From assembly GCA_012295275.1 (NCBI GenBank), contig CM022678.1, forward strand, positions 9,920,001 through 9,984,000: 64,000 nucleotides of DNA, given 5' to 3'. A program made the position numbers and the translations under genes. This stretch comes from Chrysomallon squamiferum (Eukaryota > Animalia > Mollusca). The notes under the pieces are model-generated. The model worked only from the letters and a program-made list of their open reading frames with translations. It did not search any database and had not been told where the DNA came from. This document shows positions 33,201 to 46,190 of this stretch, in pieces; positions within the stretch are counted from its first letter, which is position 1, and each line of letters opens with the position of its first letter.

Positions 33201-35547
33201 TATAACATGGAATTAAACAAACAAACAATTACATTTTCTTTGATATATTATTATAAAATTACTTTATGGTGAAAACTAAAATGTGAGTATGAAAAAGGAG
33301 TATTTATTTCCTAATTAAATCTTAATAAAAAAAAAAATAAAGAAAATAACTGTCCTTGAGCTTATACTTTGAAGTTATATCACTTGATATTATTAAAATT
33401 CTATATTCTGCTGGAATTTTTAAAAAACTTTTCATATTTTATTATACTGTAATAAAATTGATGCTGACATCTGTTTTAAAAAGATTATTTTGATTATTAT
33501 TAAGTTTTGCTATGTTTATGCAAGTCATAACTTTACTTAAAAACTGTTAAGGTTTATTATGTCAAAAAGTGCAAGAGTTGGTAAAATTTTAAATTTATTT
33601 ATTAAAAAGACATATATTTCCTTAATTGTTAAGAAAAACTATATGATATAAAAATAGTTTCTCTTAAAACAAAAAAATGGAGTAAGTTAATAATAATAAT
33701 AATAGTGAAAATAAATAAATATATGTGTATTGCTAGTTAATATTCTCAGTAACAGTAACGTGTTAACAAAGAAAGTGAAAGTATGTTTGTTATAAATCTA
33801 AAAATTTAACTATATTAAAAACAAAGTGTTTTGTTTAACTGATTAGAAAGCTCATTTTTATTTTTATTAAGACCAATAGTAAATAAATGAATAAAATGTA
33901 CAACAATTAATGTTTTTACTTTAGTAAAAATAAAGAAGGAAAAATGCCTATTGATAACCAAACTTACAAAAACATATTTCTTTACAATTACTGACTAATG
34001 ATCACTTAAAATTAATAAATAAAATAAAAACAAATTTTCACTATAAAAATAACCCATTAAAAAAAAATCTTATTACAAACAGTGTGTTTTTTCATCATTA
34101 TTCTTATCTATTAATTTTATTTTACTGTGATCATGTGTGAAAACATGATAGCAAAACATAATTAAAACTTTACTTACCTTTTCACCGCTAACATTTCCTG
34201 CATTTTCAGCTGGCTTATTGTCATCCATTCTGAAACACAAATAACACAGTAATAAATCCAGTAAGTCAGCAGGTAATTTAAATATTTTGGAAAAACACAA
34301 AGAATTACTAAGAAATATATTTAAAATAATTTTAAAAATAATAGTTAAAAAAAAAATCATTCATCGCAAATGCAGCTTGATGCTTTACGGAGTTCACTGA
34401 CAGGTTTCATACAGCAATGTGGTCACAAGAAGGGAAGGACCTCTGCCTGTTACATTTACTGTGGAACACTGAAATACAAATTCACTACCTAGATCTTGTT
34501 GTTTTATTTCAAGCAGCTGGATATCACCATGACGACAACGACAAATGAGTTGAGAAAAGAAAACAAAGAAATAAAAGAACACTTAGCTACCTTGTCAAAG
34601 TATTTGTCATTGTGATGTTTATTATGGGTTTATAAACTGTGCTATTGTCACCTTGACCATCACAGTATTATGACTACTTATCAAGCTGACTGTTCTCATG
34701 CAGACTGCATAATCTACATCTATGTATCAATTCATCATCTATCTGTTCATCTGTCAGTGTTTATAGACATTTTTAAAACTTTTTATTAAAGTTAAAATAA
34801 AGCATGTTTATCACTTAACCTGTTCTATAATTCTAAATATACAATGAGCTTCTCTTCAAAGTAAATATTTTGAAACCATCTCTCAGATTCAGTTATCTGG
34901 TATACCTTTACCTCCACCCTATTTTCTCTAATACATTTATTTAGAAATGGCACTTACCTGGAAACCCATCCATATTTCTTCATGTCTACTGGGCTTCTTG
35001 TTTACAATAAAAGTTGACATAACCTTTATACCTGTTCTTTTCAGTATCAGTCTGTGATGTAGATAATAATACATCTCCTTAATTTCAGGTCTTCTCACTT
35101 CTTCCTTTTTAATAGAAAAAAAAAAAAAAGACATTAATCTTCACTTTTCACTATGGACTGTGCTTTTTATAAAGTTAAAATTGAGATTTAATGTGCTGCT
35201 TTATCAGCTTTCCAAAAACTTAAATAAGGAAAAAGTAATAACACTTTAAAAACAAAAAATATATATATATATATTTTTTTTATTAAGTTTCACATTAATT
35301 ATGGAAATTATTAACTGTGAAGAATGTATATTTTACTCAATTTACTTTTTCACTGTTCATTATAAAATTATTATACTCTTATTAATAATTTTTTTGAAAT
35401 AAGTTTTTATTTTTTATTCTGAATGAAACTGGTTTGGAAAATCAATATTTATATATTTTCCATTGTTAATAATGAAAAATACATAGATTGTTCAGTATTA
35501 ATTTTCATATTGAATTTTTATTTATTTATTTATTTTAAATTTTCTGA

Positions 35548-35590
<43 letters not shown>

Positions 35591-35689
35591 CAATAAATAA
35601 ATAAAATAAAATTTTAAAAAGTTTGATTAGTTTAAATTTCTGTTGTTTAAGAAAATGAGAACTGATATAAACACTACAATCTTAGAGGT

Positions 35690-36420
35690 CCTTAGGTCCG
35701 AATAGTGAGCGTTCCCAATCGTTTTTCTTTTTCTTTTGTTTGATGCCTACCTTCGTGTCATTAACATAATTAATAAGTGAATATTTCTTATTAGCGAATT
35801 CAAAATGATCTGTTATCGTTCAATAGTAAACGAAGATTAAAATGTTTTTCTAGCACACGCGAAGTGACGTGCGAGTCGGAAATGAGTCTCGATTACGATA
35901 TTAATTTCAAGTCATCTAAAAGGAAAAAGACTACCATGTTTCAAACATTTCGGAGGCGAAGACAAAATAAAAACCTTTTTCTTTTTATACTCTTTAATAC
36001 TGTTAAATCTCGTTAAAACATTAATCTCTTATTTCTTCAGGTATATCTAATTATCACTGTAAGATTGTCGTTTAACTAACAGAAAACTACATTAATTTCT
36101 CCTGTATGTTTAACATATTTATTTTTAAAAAGTCTTTTGCTACCATTACAGCCGTTTATACGAAAAAACTAATATTCAGATAAAGAATTTATTTTTTTAT
36201 TATAAATACATTAGCTTACTTTATCACATTCAGTAAAAATTTTCAGCCGGTAACTTGATTATCACCTACTGAATAATTTAGTATTTTATATTTTCATTAA
36301 CTATTAACACCTTTATTTTTGTTTATTTATTTATTTATTTATTTTTAACACAACATTGATTTTCCTTAGCCTCACCACCAACAAAACAGACACTGAGAGT
36401 GCTGTGAGTAATCGCAGTTA
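35690..36420. promoter_or_regulatory. CpG-retaining segment, candidate bidirectional promoter
   Basis: CpGs reappear abruptly (gcacacgcgaagtgacgtgcgagtcggaa) between two CpG-depleted gene bodies. There is a minus-strand donor AAG|GTAGGC at ~35751 and a plus-strand mini-exon ttag|36370-36403|gtgagt. Confidence 0.45.
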
Positions 36421-36429
36421 TGATTGTTT

Positions 36430-36483
<54 letters not shown>

Positions 36484-37748
36484 TAAAACCCAATAACAAG
36501 AAATTGTTTTTATAATTTTATGTTTATATAATTGTGAAAAACAAATTCTTGTTTTCTCTTCTTCATGTTCTTCTTCGTTGTCTTCTTCTTTTTCTTCTTC
36601 TTCTTCTTCTTATTATTGTCATTATTATTGTTATTGTTATTATTAATATTATTATTATTATTGTTATTATTAATTGCCCAGTATTATCAGTTAGTTACTA
36701 ATATTGCTACTTCTGCTATTACCACTGTTACTACTGTTATTCTACTACTGAAAAAATAGTGACTTTCAACACACTAAATATATTACAAATATCTATTTAC
36801 CACTATGTCTGTTACTGCTATTTCTACACATGTTAATGCTATTATTTTTTTCTATTACTACTATTACTACTACTACTACTACTGTGGTGTCTGCAGTTAT
36901 TTACTAACTCCTCTTATTGTATTTACTACTACTATTCAACCTAAGCTAATTCTACCACAGTTATCACTATCACTGTTAATGCTGCAATGACTACTACTAG
37001 TACTGTTACTACTAATACTACAACTATTACCACTATTACTACTCCTAGTATTGTTACGAATTCTGCTGCTGCTGCTCCTACTGCTACTACTACTACTACA
37101 ACAACAACTATTACTACTGCTGCCAGTGCTACTACTACTGTTACTACTACTAAAACTAATACTAAAACTGCTACAACTACTGCTGTGTCAACTACTATAA
37201 CCAACAGTACCACTGTTACTACTAGTTCTACTGCTAGTATTACTACAACTACTACAACAACTACAACTACTACTACTGCTGTTATTACTATTACTACTGT
37301 TAAAATATTATGATGTCTTCTACCTTTTTCATTATATATATATATTTTCAATTTATTAACTTTCTTATTTATTTATTTATTTATTGATTTATCATATTTT
37401 CTGAACTTTTTCTTTTTTCCTTTTCTGCTGATAGTTAAGATACAGTTACCAAGTTTGTTAATACTGTTTTTCATTTATTTCAGGAATTCCAGAATCCAAA
37501 TCGGACACAAGTTCTGTACAGGAATTAAGTCTGAACTGCAGTTGTTTCACCAGCCAGCTGTTGGAGTTTCTGGTAGAGTGTTTCCATGGAAAACTCCTTT
37601 CTTTGAAAGATGTGGACACTGGAAATAATCCTGATCTTTGTGTATCTGTCATTGACAATTTAGTTAAACTTACTTCAGGTAATTGTTTTTTATTAAAGTA
37701 AACACTATTTTTTGAATATTATAAATTTTAAATAATTATTCTCTTTTT

Positions 37749-37795
<47 letters not shown>

Positions 37796-37985
37796 ATCTC
37801 TCTCTCTCTCTCTCTGATTCCATCTCTGACTCTTTTCTCTGTCTCTCTCTTTCTGTCCATATCTTATCTTCTGCATATTCTATCTGTAAATATCTCTTAG
37901 TTATTATTTTCTTATTTCTTTCTTTACCCATCTTTATCAACCTCATTCTATTAACACTCTCTTCAAGCTGTATTTTCTTTGTCAA

Positions 37986-38025
<40 letters not shown>

Positions 38026-39169
38026 TGAAGTCTGTCAGTGTATATGTCATCTGTTGTTGGTATTTAGAGTTAGTGGGTGTGTTTGTTTCTGTGTTTCTTT
38101 ATTTGCTATGTTTTTCTCTATCTGTTTTTTTTTATGTGTGAATATGTTGTGCTAATCTGTGTCTACAGGCAAATATGTACCTAAAAGAGAAATCTTTAAT
38201 ATTTTTTTTTCATTTTTTTTTTTATCAAGATAAATCAAATCAAAGTTCTGTTGAAAGGCTGATGTAAGCTGATTGACTACCAAAGAAACTGGACACAGAG
38301 AAATATGTCAATTTAAGAAAAGCAAAGCTCAACTCAAGTACTTTTGGACAATTGCCTTTGTTGATGTCACTGACTCAGCTAGCAACCATTAACTCAGATA
38401 GGTGGAGAATGGCTGGTGAGATGCAGTGAAAGCCATTTGTGGTCAGTAGTAGCCATTTGATTCATTAGAAGTAACTGTTACTGATTTTAATTTTGTAAAT
38501 GTTTTTAAATAATTATGTAATTTGATTATTTCTGCATTATGAATATAAATAAATTAACACATACACACAAACACACACACACATAACCAATAACTTCCTT
38601 AAAATATAAATTCTGTTTATAAATGAAGTTTCTTGGTTAAACTGACTCTGTTACTCTGTCTAATTTTAGAAACTCTACCAAACAGTCATGTGACAGCTTT
38701 AAGGTTGCTCATTGGCTGATGCAGACCTTGACCCTGCTGTCAAGCAATCAGAAATCCTGCGCACCTGCTCAAGCTTTCATCCAGTTGGATTATGGATGTG
38801 TTAATAACACAGTTTGCAGAGTCCATCTTGAAACAAAAGAAACATCCACTTAGTGTTCTTGATGATGCTGTATGTTTTCTTTATTTATCTTATTACAGTT
38901 AATGCTATTTTCTCTTTTTTTTTTGTTGTTCTTTATTTGTTCTTGTTTGTTTTGGTTGTTGGTCTAGGTATATTTTTATATGATGCAATTTTCATAAGTG
39001 TATAAAGAATACTTTTATAAATGTTATTTTAATTCTGAAGAGATCTGACAATATTATCACCAGAAATATGTTTCTTTATTATTCTGTGTTTATTTTTTTT
39101 ATTTACCCTACTTTTTCTCAAATTGCATTTATATAGATAGATAGCTATAAGCAAATTGCTATCTGATAA

Positions 39170-39208
<39 letters not shown>

Positions 39209-40119
39209 GAACTATTTTGTGTTTCAGTGCTTGGTACAAAATACTCAGACCTGTTTTATTTAAATTTAAGATTGAAACTGACGGCTCCCTTAGTCTTTGT
39301 TTATACCACCAAGGGAAACAACTCTGAGTTAAACGGCTTGAATATTGGTGAAAAACTATTTAGGTAGTAAATTATTTTTATATTTTTCAGTAAAAAAATG
39401 TAATTTTTTTATAAAATTAAATTAGTTTTTAATACAAAATAATAAAACAGAAGCTTGCATATTGTTTGAGATTATTATACTTATTTTTATTACTACACAC
39501 ACACAGAGGAGGAAAATAAGACTTCTGAATAGCATCTTGTATTTTATATTAGTAAAGAGTTTTCAGTTCTGTTATTGTGACAGAGATGTAATTAATACCT
39601 AAAACATCAACAGCAACTTTTAATGTGGTGGTGACAGTAGCACATTTCATGTCAGACATTGCCAGACGCATAGCAATCAGCTGTTTGAAGACAAATGACA
39701 GACCAGCTAGACTTGTTACTGTCTTAATCTAGTATGCTTATCTTGTTTGGAATCCCATGCTATTAGGTATCTCTGTGACTCAAAGCACTACCTACCTCTT
39801 TAACTGCCTGTTGCATTAATGTAGCACTAAGTCTGATGAAAACATCTTCATTTGATAAATTAGATGGACAAACTTTCTCACCTGTGACCTGCTTGTTAGT
39901 GATTGTTGGCAGCTTTTATTTGTTTCAATTTTTACCTTTTGTTGCATGCTGAGACTGTCTTAACGTTCCCCCTGGTAGGTTTTGTGCACGGGAAGGTGGT
40001 GCTACATCATTAACAAAACTTGATTTGATCATCATCCTCGCTAGATGATGATGTTATATCTAACGCAATATATTTGTCATTGCTTGCATTGTCTGACTGT
40101 TGTTAAATTCATCTTTCTG

Positions 40120-40740
40120 GTTGAATGTAACATGGCTCTGTTTCATCTCCGACCTGTTCACCACCCTGATGTCATTGTCATCTTCCAGAGGACAAGCTTT
40201 GTATTACCTTCCATCCTGATCCAGCTTTTCAGTGACTCTGTACAGTTGACTTCTCCAGTGATCTTGAATTTTTTTTCCTGCCCTGGATGTTTCCAAACAT
40301 CGGATAAAATGGTGAAAAGCCAGTTGTAGAGTGAGTTGCAGCACTGTAATAATAAATAAGCTGAGATATGTACTCAGGCCATTTTTTCATACAATCATTG
40401 GAAATTGTGCGGAGCAGATCATGCAGTGTCCTGTTGAATCTCTCACACTGACCATTTCCTTCAGGGTGATGTGGAGTGGTTCTGCTCTTTTTCACTCCAT
40501 AAAGAGTACATAAACTACTTGTTACCTCCAATTCAAAGTTTCTACCTTGATCACTGTAACCGTTCTGGCGCTCCATGTCACTGAAACCACTCTGAGTATG
40601 TTTGCTATGGTTTCTGGTCTTTCACAGTGAACTTGGTAAAAACATCAGTCATGACTAAGACATTTTCTTTGCCACGTGAAGATGGCTCCAACACTGTCAA
40701 ATCCATGGCTACAATCTCAACAGGTCTGGTAGCAAAGGTA
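40120..40740 (-). pseudogene. Gypsy integrase (rve, DDE) remnant
   Basis: Reads ATRPVEIVAMDLTVLEPSSRGKENVLVMTDVFTKFTV, then SDQGRNFE..LCTLYGVKKSRTTPHHPEGNGQCERFNRTLHDLL..HSTTGFSPF, then a frameshifted KIQDHWRSQLYRV..VVNRSEMK C-terminal segment. Confidence 0.92.
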
Positions 40741-41169
40741 GTTTCAGTTTGAGTTGTGACAGTTTATTGACTGAGGCTGTTCTGCCTCTGTCACTGATGA
40801 CAAAACACCCACTCTAGTTCTTGGTTTCAACCAGAAAGCTGTAGACCTGAAACGGTTCATTTTGAACACGAAGTGGAGTGTTTATCACCATAACATTCAC
40901 AGGTAAATGTCCCGACTTATCTTCCATTTGCTCTATCATTGAATAGGCACCCAAATTGTGCTCATTGACTGAAAAATAGCATCAATTAGAACAGCAGATT
41001 CAACTGGAATACAGACTGGACGTTGTCCACTAACGCTTTTCGTCTGTTTGGCAGTCTGTAGATTAGATATCTGACATTTATGTACAGACCTGTTAATCAA
41101 TTTCCTTAAGAAGTGTTTACCAAGGTCTTTAGCAAGCAATTCTCTACATCGGCTAAAGCAAACACTGAA

Positions 41170-42012
41170 CGCTGGTGGAGAAGTAGTTTGCTGAATTTGT
41201 TGCTGCTTCTGCTGCTTTGAAACAGCTTCCCATACTTCTGCTAGCGGATGATGTGTTGATGGTGAAGAAGTGATAGCTGCAACCACAGTTCTGGATGTTT
41301 CTTTGTGTTTTGCAGTGCTGGAACACCCCACATCTTCTGACAGTTTAAAGGCTTCGTCCTGTAACTGAAGAAAGGTCATGCCATCCCTCTGCTGGACTAA
41401 TTGTTTTAGTTCTTTCTTGTACACTTGGGTCTCTCACATTTTCACCTAATTAATGCAACAAGGTATTATTCTTATCAGGCACCATAGCTGGTTTTTCCTG
41501 TACATCCTATCTAATAATTCAGAAAGACAGTAAGAGAATTCTCTCAGTGATTCGACTTTTTTCTGTGATCGATAAAAAAATAACTTTTGAAGTTCATGCC
41601 ACTGATGATCTTCTTCAAAAAATCTTATAACATCCGAGACCACTTCTGGATTTTCGTGGTCTTGTTGTGACCTCAACCTAATTTCTTCTTTTGCTTCACC
41701 TTCTAAGTGAGCTGATATAAAACTAGCCTGCTCCTTTTCTGCAAGGCTCTGATGCAGAAATGCCCTTTCTACCTGATCCCGAAAATCTCTAAATTTGAGG
41801 TCATTGCCTGACACATTAAATTTACTCACCTTTATCTCATTTCTGATATAAAATAACTGAGTCATAGGTTTATTACTCTTACCTTTGGTGCTGCTTTCAC
41901 CTTGTTTAGGACTCAGCAATTCCTCACTAAGTTGTTGAGTCACAGCCCTTTCTTCCTGTAAAGCAGCCTGCAATTCTGCCACCTGATCTTTTAGCTTTTT
42001 AGTTTTCGCCAT
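41170..42012 (-). pseudogene. Gypsy gag-like ORF (frameshifted)
   Basis: ATG at 42012. An N-terminal coiled coil is followed by KFNVSG..FRDF..QASFISAHLEGEAKEEIRLR..LFFYRSQKKVESLREFSYCLSELL, a capsid-like Gypsy gag pattern. Confidence 0.8.
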
Positions 42013-42099
42013 TTTGCAAAGCTTTATAAATTAAAGTCAGCTGGGAATTCAGTGATGTGTTACAAAAAGTGAATTACACCATGCTCATGCCAGCAGCCA

Positions 42100-43101
42100 G
42101 TAATATATTTTCTGTCAATTTAAACTTTGTTTAAATTAGTATTTTAATATGTGGTGCTTTTGGATTACACATTTACTTTACTTTGAATTCATTATTACAC
42201 ACTTAATGAAATAACAAAATAATTTATCAACTAATTTTCTTTTAATTCAGTATTTCAAGTTTTAACTATCAGATTATAACTGACCTCTCCAAGAATCTTT
42301 ATTTTAAATTTACTTCCTAAATTTAGATGCCCTTAATTGCTGCCACTCAGGGCTGTTTACCTCACATGTTATCTAAGCCAAGGCTACTGACCATCACTGG
42401 ACATTACTGGGTCCACACATGTAAACAACTGGTCATGTGAAAGTCAACTTTACTGACCCCAAACAGTTACACGCCTCTTTATCTGATTATAGTTTGTAGG
42501 GAAATTCCTCAGATCATAACTTTCACAATTTCCCCATTAATCCCCAGTTACTCATATCAGTCTTAGTTTACATATTAAATGTTAAAACAGTTTGACTGAG
42601 TGAATACCAGTATTGTTCAGTTAATTAATACTAAAACTTTAAGTAACATAAAACTGTCACCAGTCATTCGTTCACATTCAAACATTTCACAATCACCTAC
42701 CTTTCATTGTTTGTGGCCAATAATAACAATTTACATTTAAACACAAAGTGAAGCAATACAACAAAACAGCAACACAATGATATCAGTCTTATCCACCACA
42801 CACAGTAATTATAATGCAGAGGATTGTCTCAAACATCTTTCTCCCTTGCCTGATATTCTCTCTTCTCTCTTGAACTCTCTTTCACCACAGTCACACCCTG
42901 TACTGACCAGTACTGGCAGACTGTTACTGTCCTGGCTTCCTTAAGCAAGCACCAGTGACAGTGTTTACCATATATTAATGTCCCAGGTGTCTTGGAGGAA
43001 TTTCCCAAGTACTTTACATGTAAACAACAAGAAATAAACCTCAGACATGTTAATGGTGTTGATCTATCTTTAGATTGTGCATTTTGAGTTCAGTCCCTCA
43101 C

Positions 43102-43102
<1 letters not shown>
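42100..43102 (-). mobile_element. Putative 5' LTR (~1 kb) of Gypsy copy 1
   Basis: The minus strand starts TGTGAGGG right next to an (AAT)n tract and ends ..ATATTAC. A PBS-like TGGCTGCTGGCA follows, ~90 bp before the gag ATG. No partner LTR is present to confirm it. Confidence 0.55.
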
Positions 43103-43190
<88 letters not shown>

Positions 43191-44333
43191 TAGCTAACAT
43201 AGTAGGATAGTGATAATAAAAGCTAATGTAGTAAAGGAGTTAATATAGCTGTAGTTGTAGTAGGTAGTAGTAGAAGTAGTAATAATAACTAGTTTAGTAA
43301 TAGTAGTAATAATAATAATAGCAGCTATGTAGTTTTAACAGAGTGCAGCAGTAGGAACAGTTTAGCTGTAGTTGCAGTAATCACTTAGTAGTTTTAGTTC
43401 CAGTAAGAACAGTAGCTGCTTCCTTTTTTAAATTTGAAATTCAAGAATTTTAAACATTTTTGTATTAATATTTTTTTCCTATCAGGGAAGGAGGGACTGT
43501 TGTCAGTATTATCAGTTGTTGGGAAGTCATCACCATTGACAACATTGTATCTTAACAACCAGAAGAAAAACTTAAAAGAAAATGAAATCGAAGAACTTTT
43601 CACAAAGTTGTTTGCTGCCATTGATAATAAATAAATTCATTTTAAAAAAACAACAATAAAAAGAATCAAGAATAAATAAAAATAAATAAATAAATAAATA
43701 AATAAAACCTAAAACCTCCCTACTGTCCTAACCCTAACACTAACCCTAATCCTAATCCTAGTCCTAATCCTAATCCTAACTATAACTCTAACCTAAGCTA
43801 ATCTAATGGTAAAAATAAGAAAAAAAGAAGTAATACTAAATAAAAGGGTTTATTATTGTTAATGCTGTTGTTGTGTTGTTTTCTTTCTGAATTATTTATG
43901 TAAATTTAATTAATTTTAAGGTCTCACTGTCAAGAAGTCAGGGGAGAAAGTTGAATCATCTTGTAGTTGTCTCCCTTCAGTTGCAGACAGCTTCCTGATT
44001 AAACTGACAGCACTTGGAGGACATCCTGGTAATCAGTTATATTTGTTTTTTATTTTTAACATTTATATTGTTCATATTTATTGAAATTTGTCATCTCATT
44101 TATTTATTTTTTTATTTTGCTCTAGGAATGCTGGGTAATATGATGCACTGTCCAGCCATTCTCACAGATAAAGGAACAGTCAACTTCTGACACTGACACT
44201 AGGTGATGTCCTTGACATTGCAGCCGTGTTGAGAGGTCATGGTGAGTGATTATATAGTTTAGTAATGTTGAATCTCTCTCTCTCTCTCTCTCTCTTATTT
44301 ATGAATATTTATATTTCTCTCTCTTCTCTATGT

Positions 44334-44384
<51 letters not shown>

Positions 44385-44922
44385 TTGTTTTCTTGTTTTT
44401 TTTTTTTTGGGGGTTCTTTATAATTCTTGATTGTTAATATATTTAAATGTCAACTTATTATTTATATATATTGTTTTCTTCTTCTTTTAGAATCCTGTTA
44501 TTTAATTGTGAATTTTATTGTTAGTAATCTTATTTTGTATTATTATGGTACTGTACCTTTTTATTGTTAATATAATGTAATTTCTTATTATGATTATTAT
44601 TTTAACCTTTTTTTATTATTATTTTATATATTTGACTTATTACAATTACTATTAATATTACTATTGTTATTAGTCTTATTATAATGTATTTTTGTTATTA
44701 TTACTACTACAACTGTTACAAATACTACTGTTGTTTCTATTGCTGTTACAACTACTACTCCTACTCCTCTCCTGCTACTACTACTGTTACTAAAACTACT
44801 ACAACTACTACTACTACTACTACTACTACAACTATTACAAATACTACTGTTGTTTCTATTGCTGTTACAACTACTACTCCTACTCCTCTCCTGCCACTAC
44901 TACTGTTACTAAAACTACTACA

Positions 44923-44966
<44 letters not shown>

Positions 44967-45118
44967 TACTGCTATAACTACTGCTACTGTTTCAATTTGC
45001 CAGGATCCAGTTACTTGTTCAAACAGTGGAATAGCATGGATACTGATGTCTGATTGTGTATGTGTAGACAAGGCTATAGATTACTACAACAGAGGAGAGG
45101 TATTCCATTTAAATCATC

Positions 45119-45279
45119 AGTGTTTGACTAATTATATATAAATGTAATTTGATTTACCTACTACTCCCAATTAGTGTTTGACTAATTATATATAAATGTC
45201 ATTTGATTTACCTACTACTCCCAATTAGTGTTTGACTAATTATATATAAATGTCATTTGATTTACCTACTACTCCCAAT
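45119..45279. repeat. 3 x 54-bp tandem repeat (single unit in copy B)
   Basis: tgtttgactaattatatataaatgt.atttgatttacctactactcccaat occurs at 45121, 45175 and 45229. Confidence 0.95.
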
Positions 45280-45296
45280 CTGTCAGCTTCTCTCAC

Positions 45297-45340
<44 letters not shown>

Positions 45341-46122
45341 TGTGTGTGTCTCTGCCTAATCCTATTAACTATATATCTGTTTACCAGTGTCTACAATAAC
45401 CTTTCTGTCTGTCTGTCTGTCTGATTGTCTACATCATCAACCTACCTATCTACCCAATATCTACCAGTCTCTAAACAATGTTACTTAATAAATACATCTA
45501 TGTATCTCTGTATTCTTGTGTTTTACATTTATCTCTTTCTAACTTTCTGTCTGTTTGTAAGTCTGTGATTTTATCTAACTTAGTCTGTTTGTCTATCTAA
45601 ATATCTACCTATATGACTATCTATATGTATGTATGTCTAAACATATAATCTGTAAATATACGTTTTGACAATTTGTTCTGTAAATATTTCTCCCAACTGT
45701 ACCACTGTTCTTTAACACTAACAGTGATTATTATGAATAATTAAAAAAATGTTTTTATTGTTATCTAGGCTGACTGGTCATAGAGTCAAGAATTAACATT
45801 AAAGTTGATGATGTTAAAAGTACAGAACTGCAGGTAAAACTCAGGTATAGTGATGATGTCATTGTCTTTTTATTTCTCTCTTACTGTCTCTAATTTTCTC
45901 CTAGCCTGTCTGATTCTCTCTTTCACTTTCTTTCTTCCTTTCATTTGTCTTTCCCTGTTCACAAAGTGTATATGCATAATTATGATATCTAGGTTTAAAC
46001 AAAGTAGTTGGTTTTTGCCTTGATGCTCATGGAAAGGCTCACATATAACAAAATACTACTACTAATAATAATAAAATAAAAATTAATGGTAACTGATAAA
46101 AAATAAAAATAAAAATGAATAC

Positions 46123-46190
46123 GAATGAATGAATGAATGTTTAAGGCCACCCCAGCATGTAAAGTATATCAGCTACTGGATGACAAAGAC
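46123..46190 (-). mobile_element. Retroposon (SINE/LINE) 3' tail ending in (CATT)n; second copy at ~57278-57346
   Basis: gaatgaatgaatgtttaaggccaccccagcatg..tatatcagctactgg resembles a gastropod SINE 3' end (recalled, not searched). Confidence 0.5.

Larger units (their letters stand above)
23024..35104 (-). pseudogene. Degenerate spliced gene of the IRAG/MRVI1/LRMP (Jaw1) coiled-coil family
   Basis: AG/GT-bounded minus-strand exons: 34958-35104, 34178-34229 (MDDNKPAENAGNVSGEK), 32193-32278, 31561-31772, 27357-27443, 26268-26390, 25910-26002, 24877-25075 (ends ..NEVE), 24321-24452 and 23024-23179. Exon 24321-24452 resembles the family motif AARLSSRAEVVGAVRQE. There are several in-frame stops and phase mismatches. 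Linking the 5' exons to the same gene is inference. Confidence 0.62.
39600..43102 (-). mobile_element. Internally deleted Ty3/Gypsy LTR retrotransposon (copy 1) in an intron of the LRR-RRM gene
   Basis: Contains gag-like ORFs 41446-42012 and 40936-41424, an integrase core at 40229-40740, and a putative 5' LTR at 42100-43102. No protease, RT/RNaseH or 3' LTR was recognised. The left boundary is approximate. Confidence 0.85.

Noticed and set aside
36941-37351. Thr-rich mucin-like ORF upstream of the LRR exons
   Set aside because: It is a degenerate (ACT)n tract like many others in the window, open on both strands by composition, and lacks splice support.
43728-43806. Telomere-like (CCCTAA/CCTAAT)n tract (also ~54790-54890)
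   Set aside because: It is short and highly degenerate, with only two exact CCCTAA units; not evidence of a telomere or fusion site.
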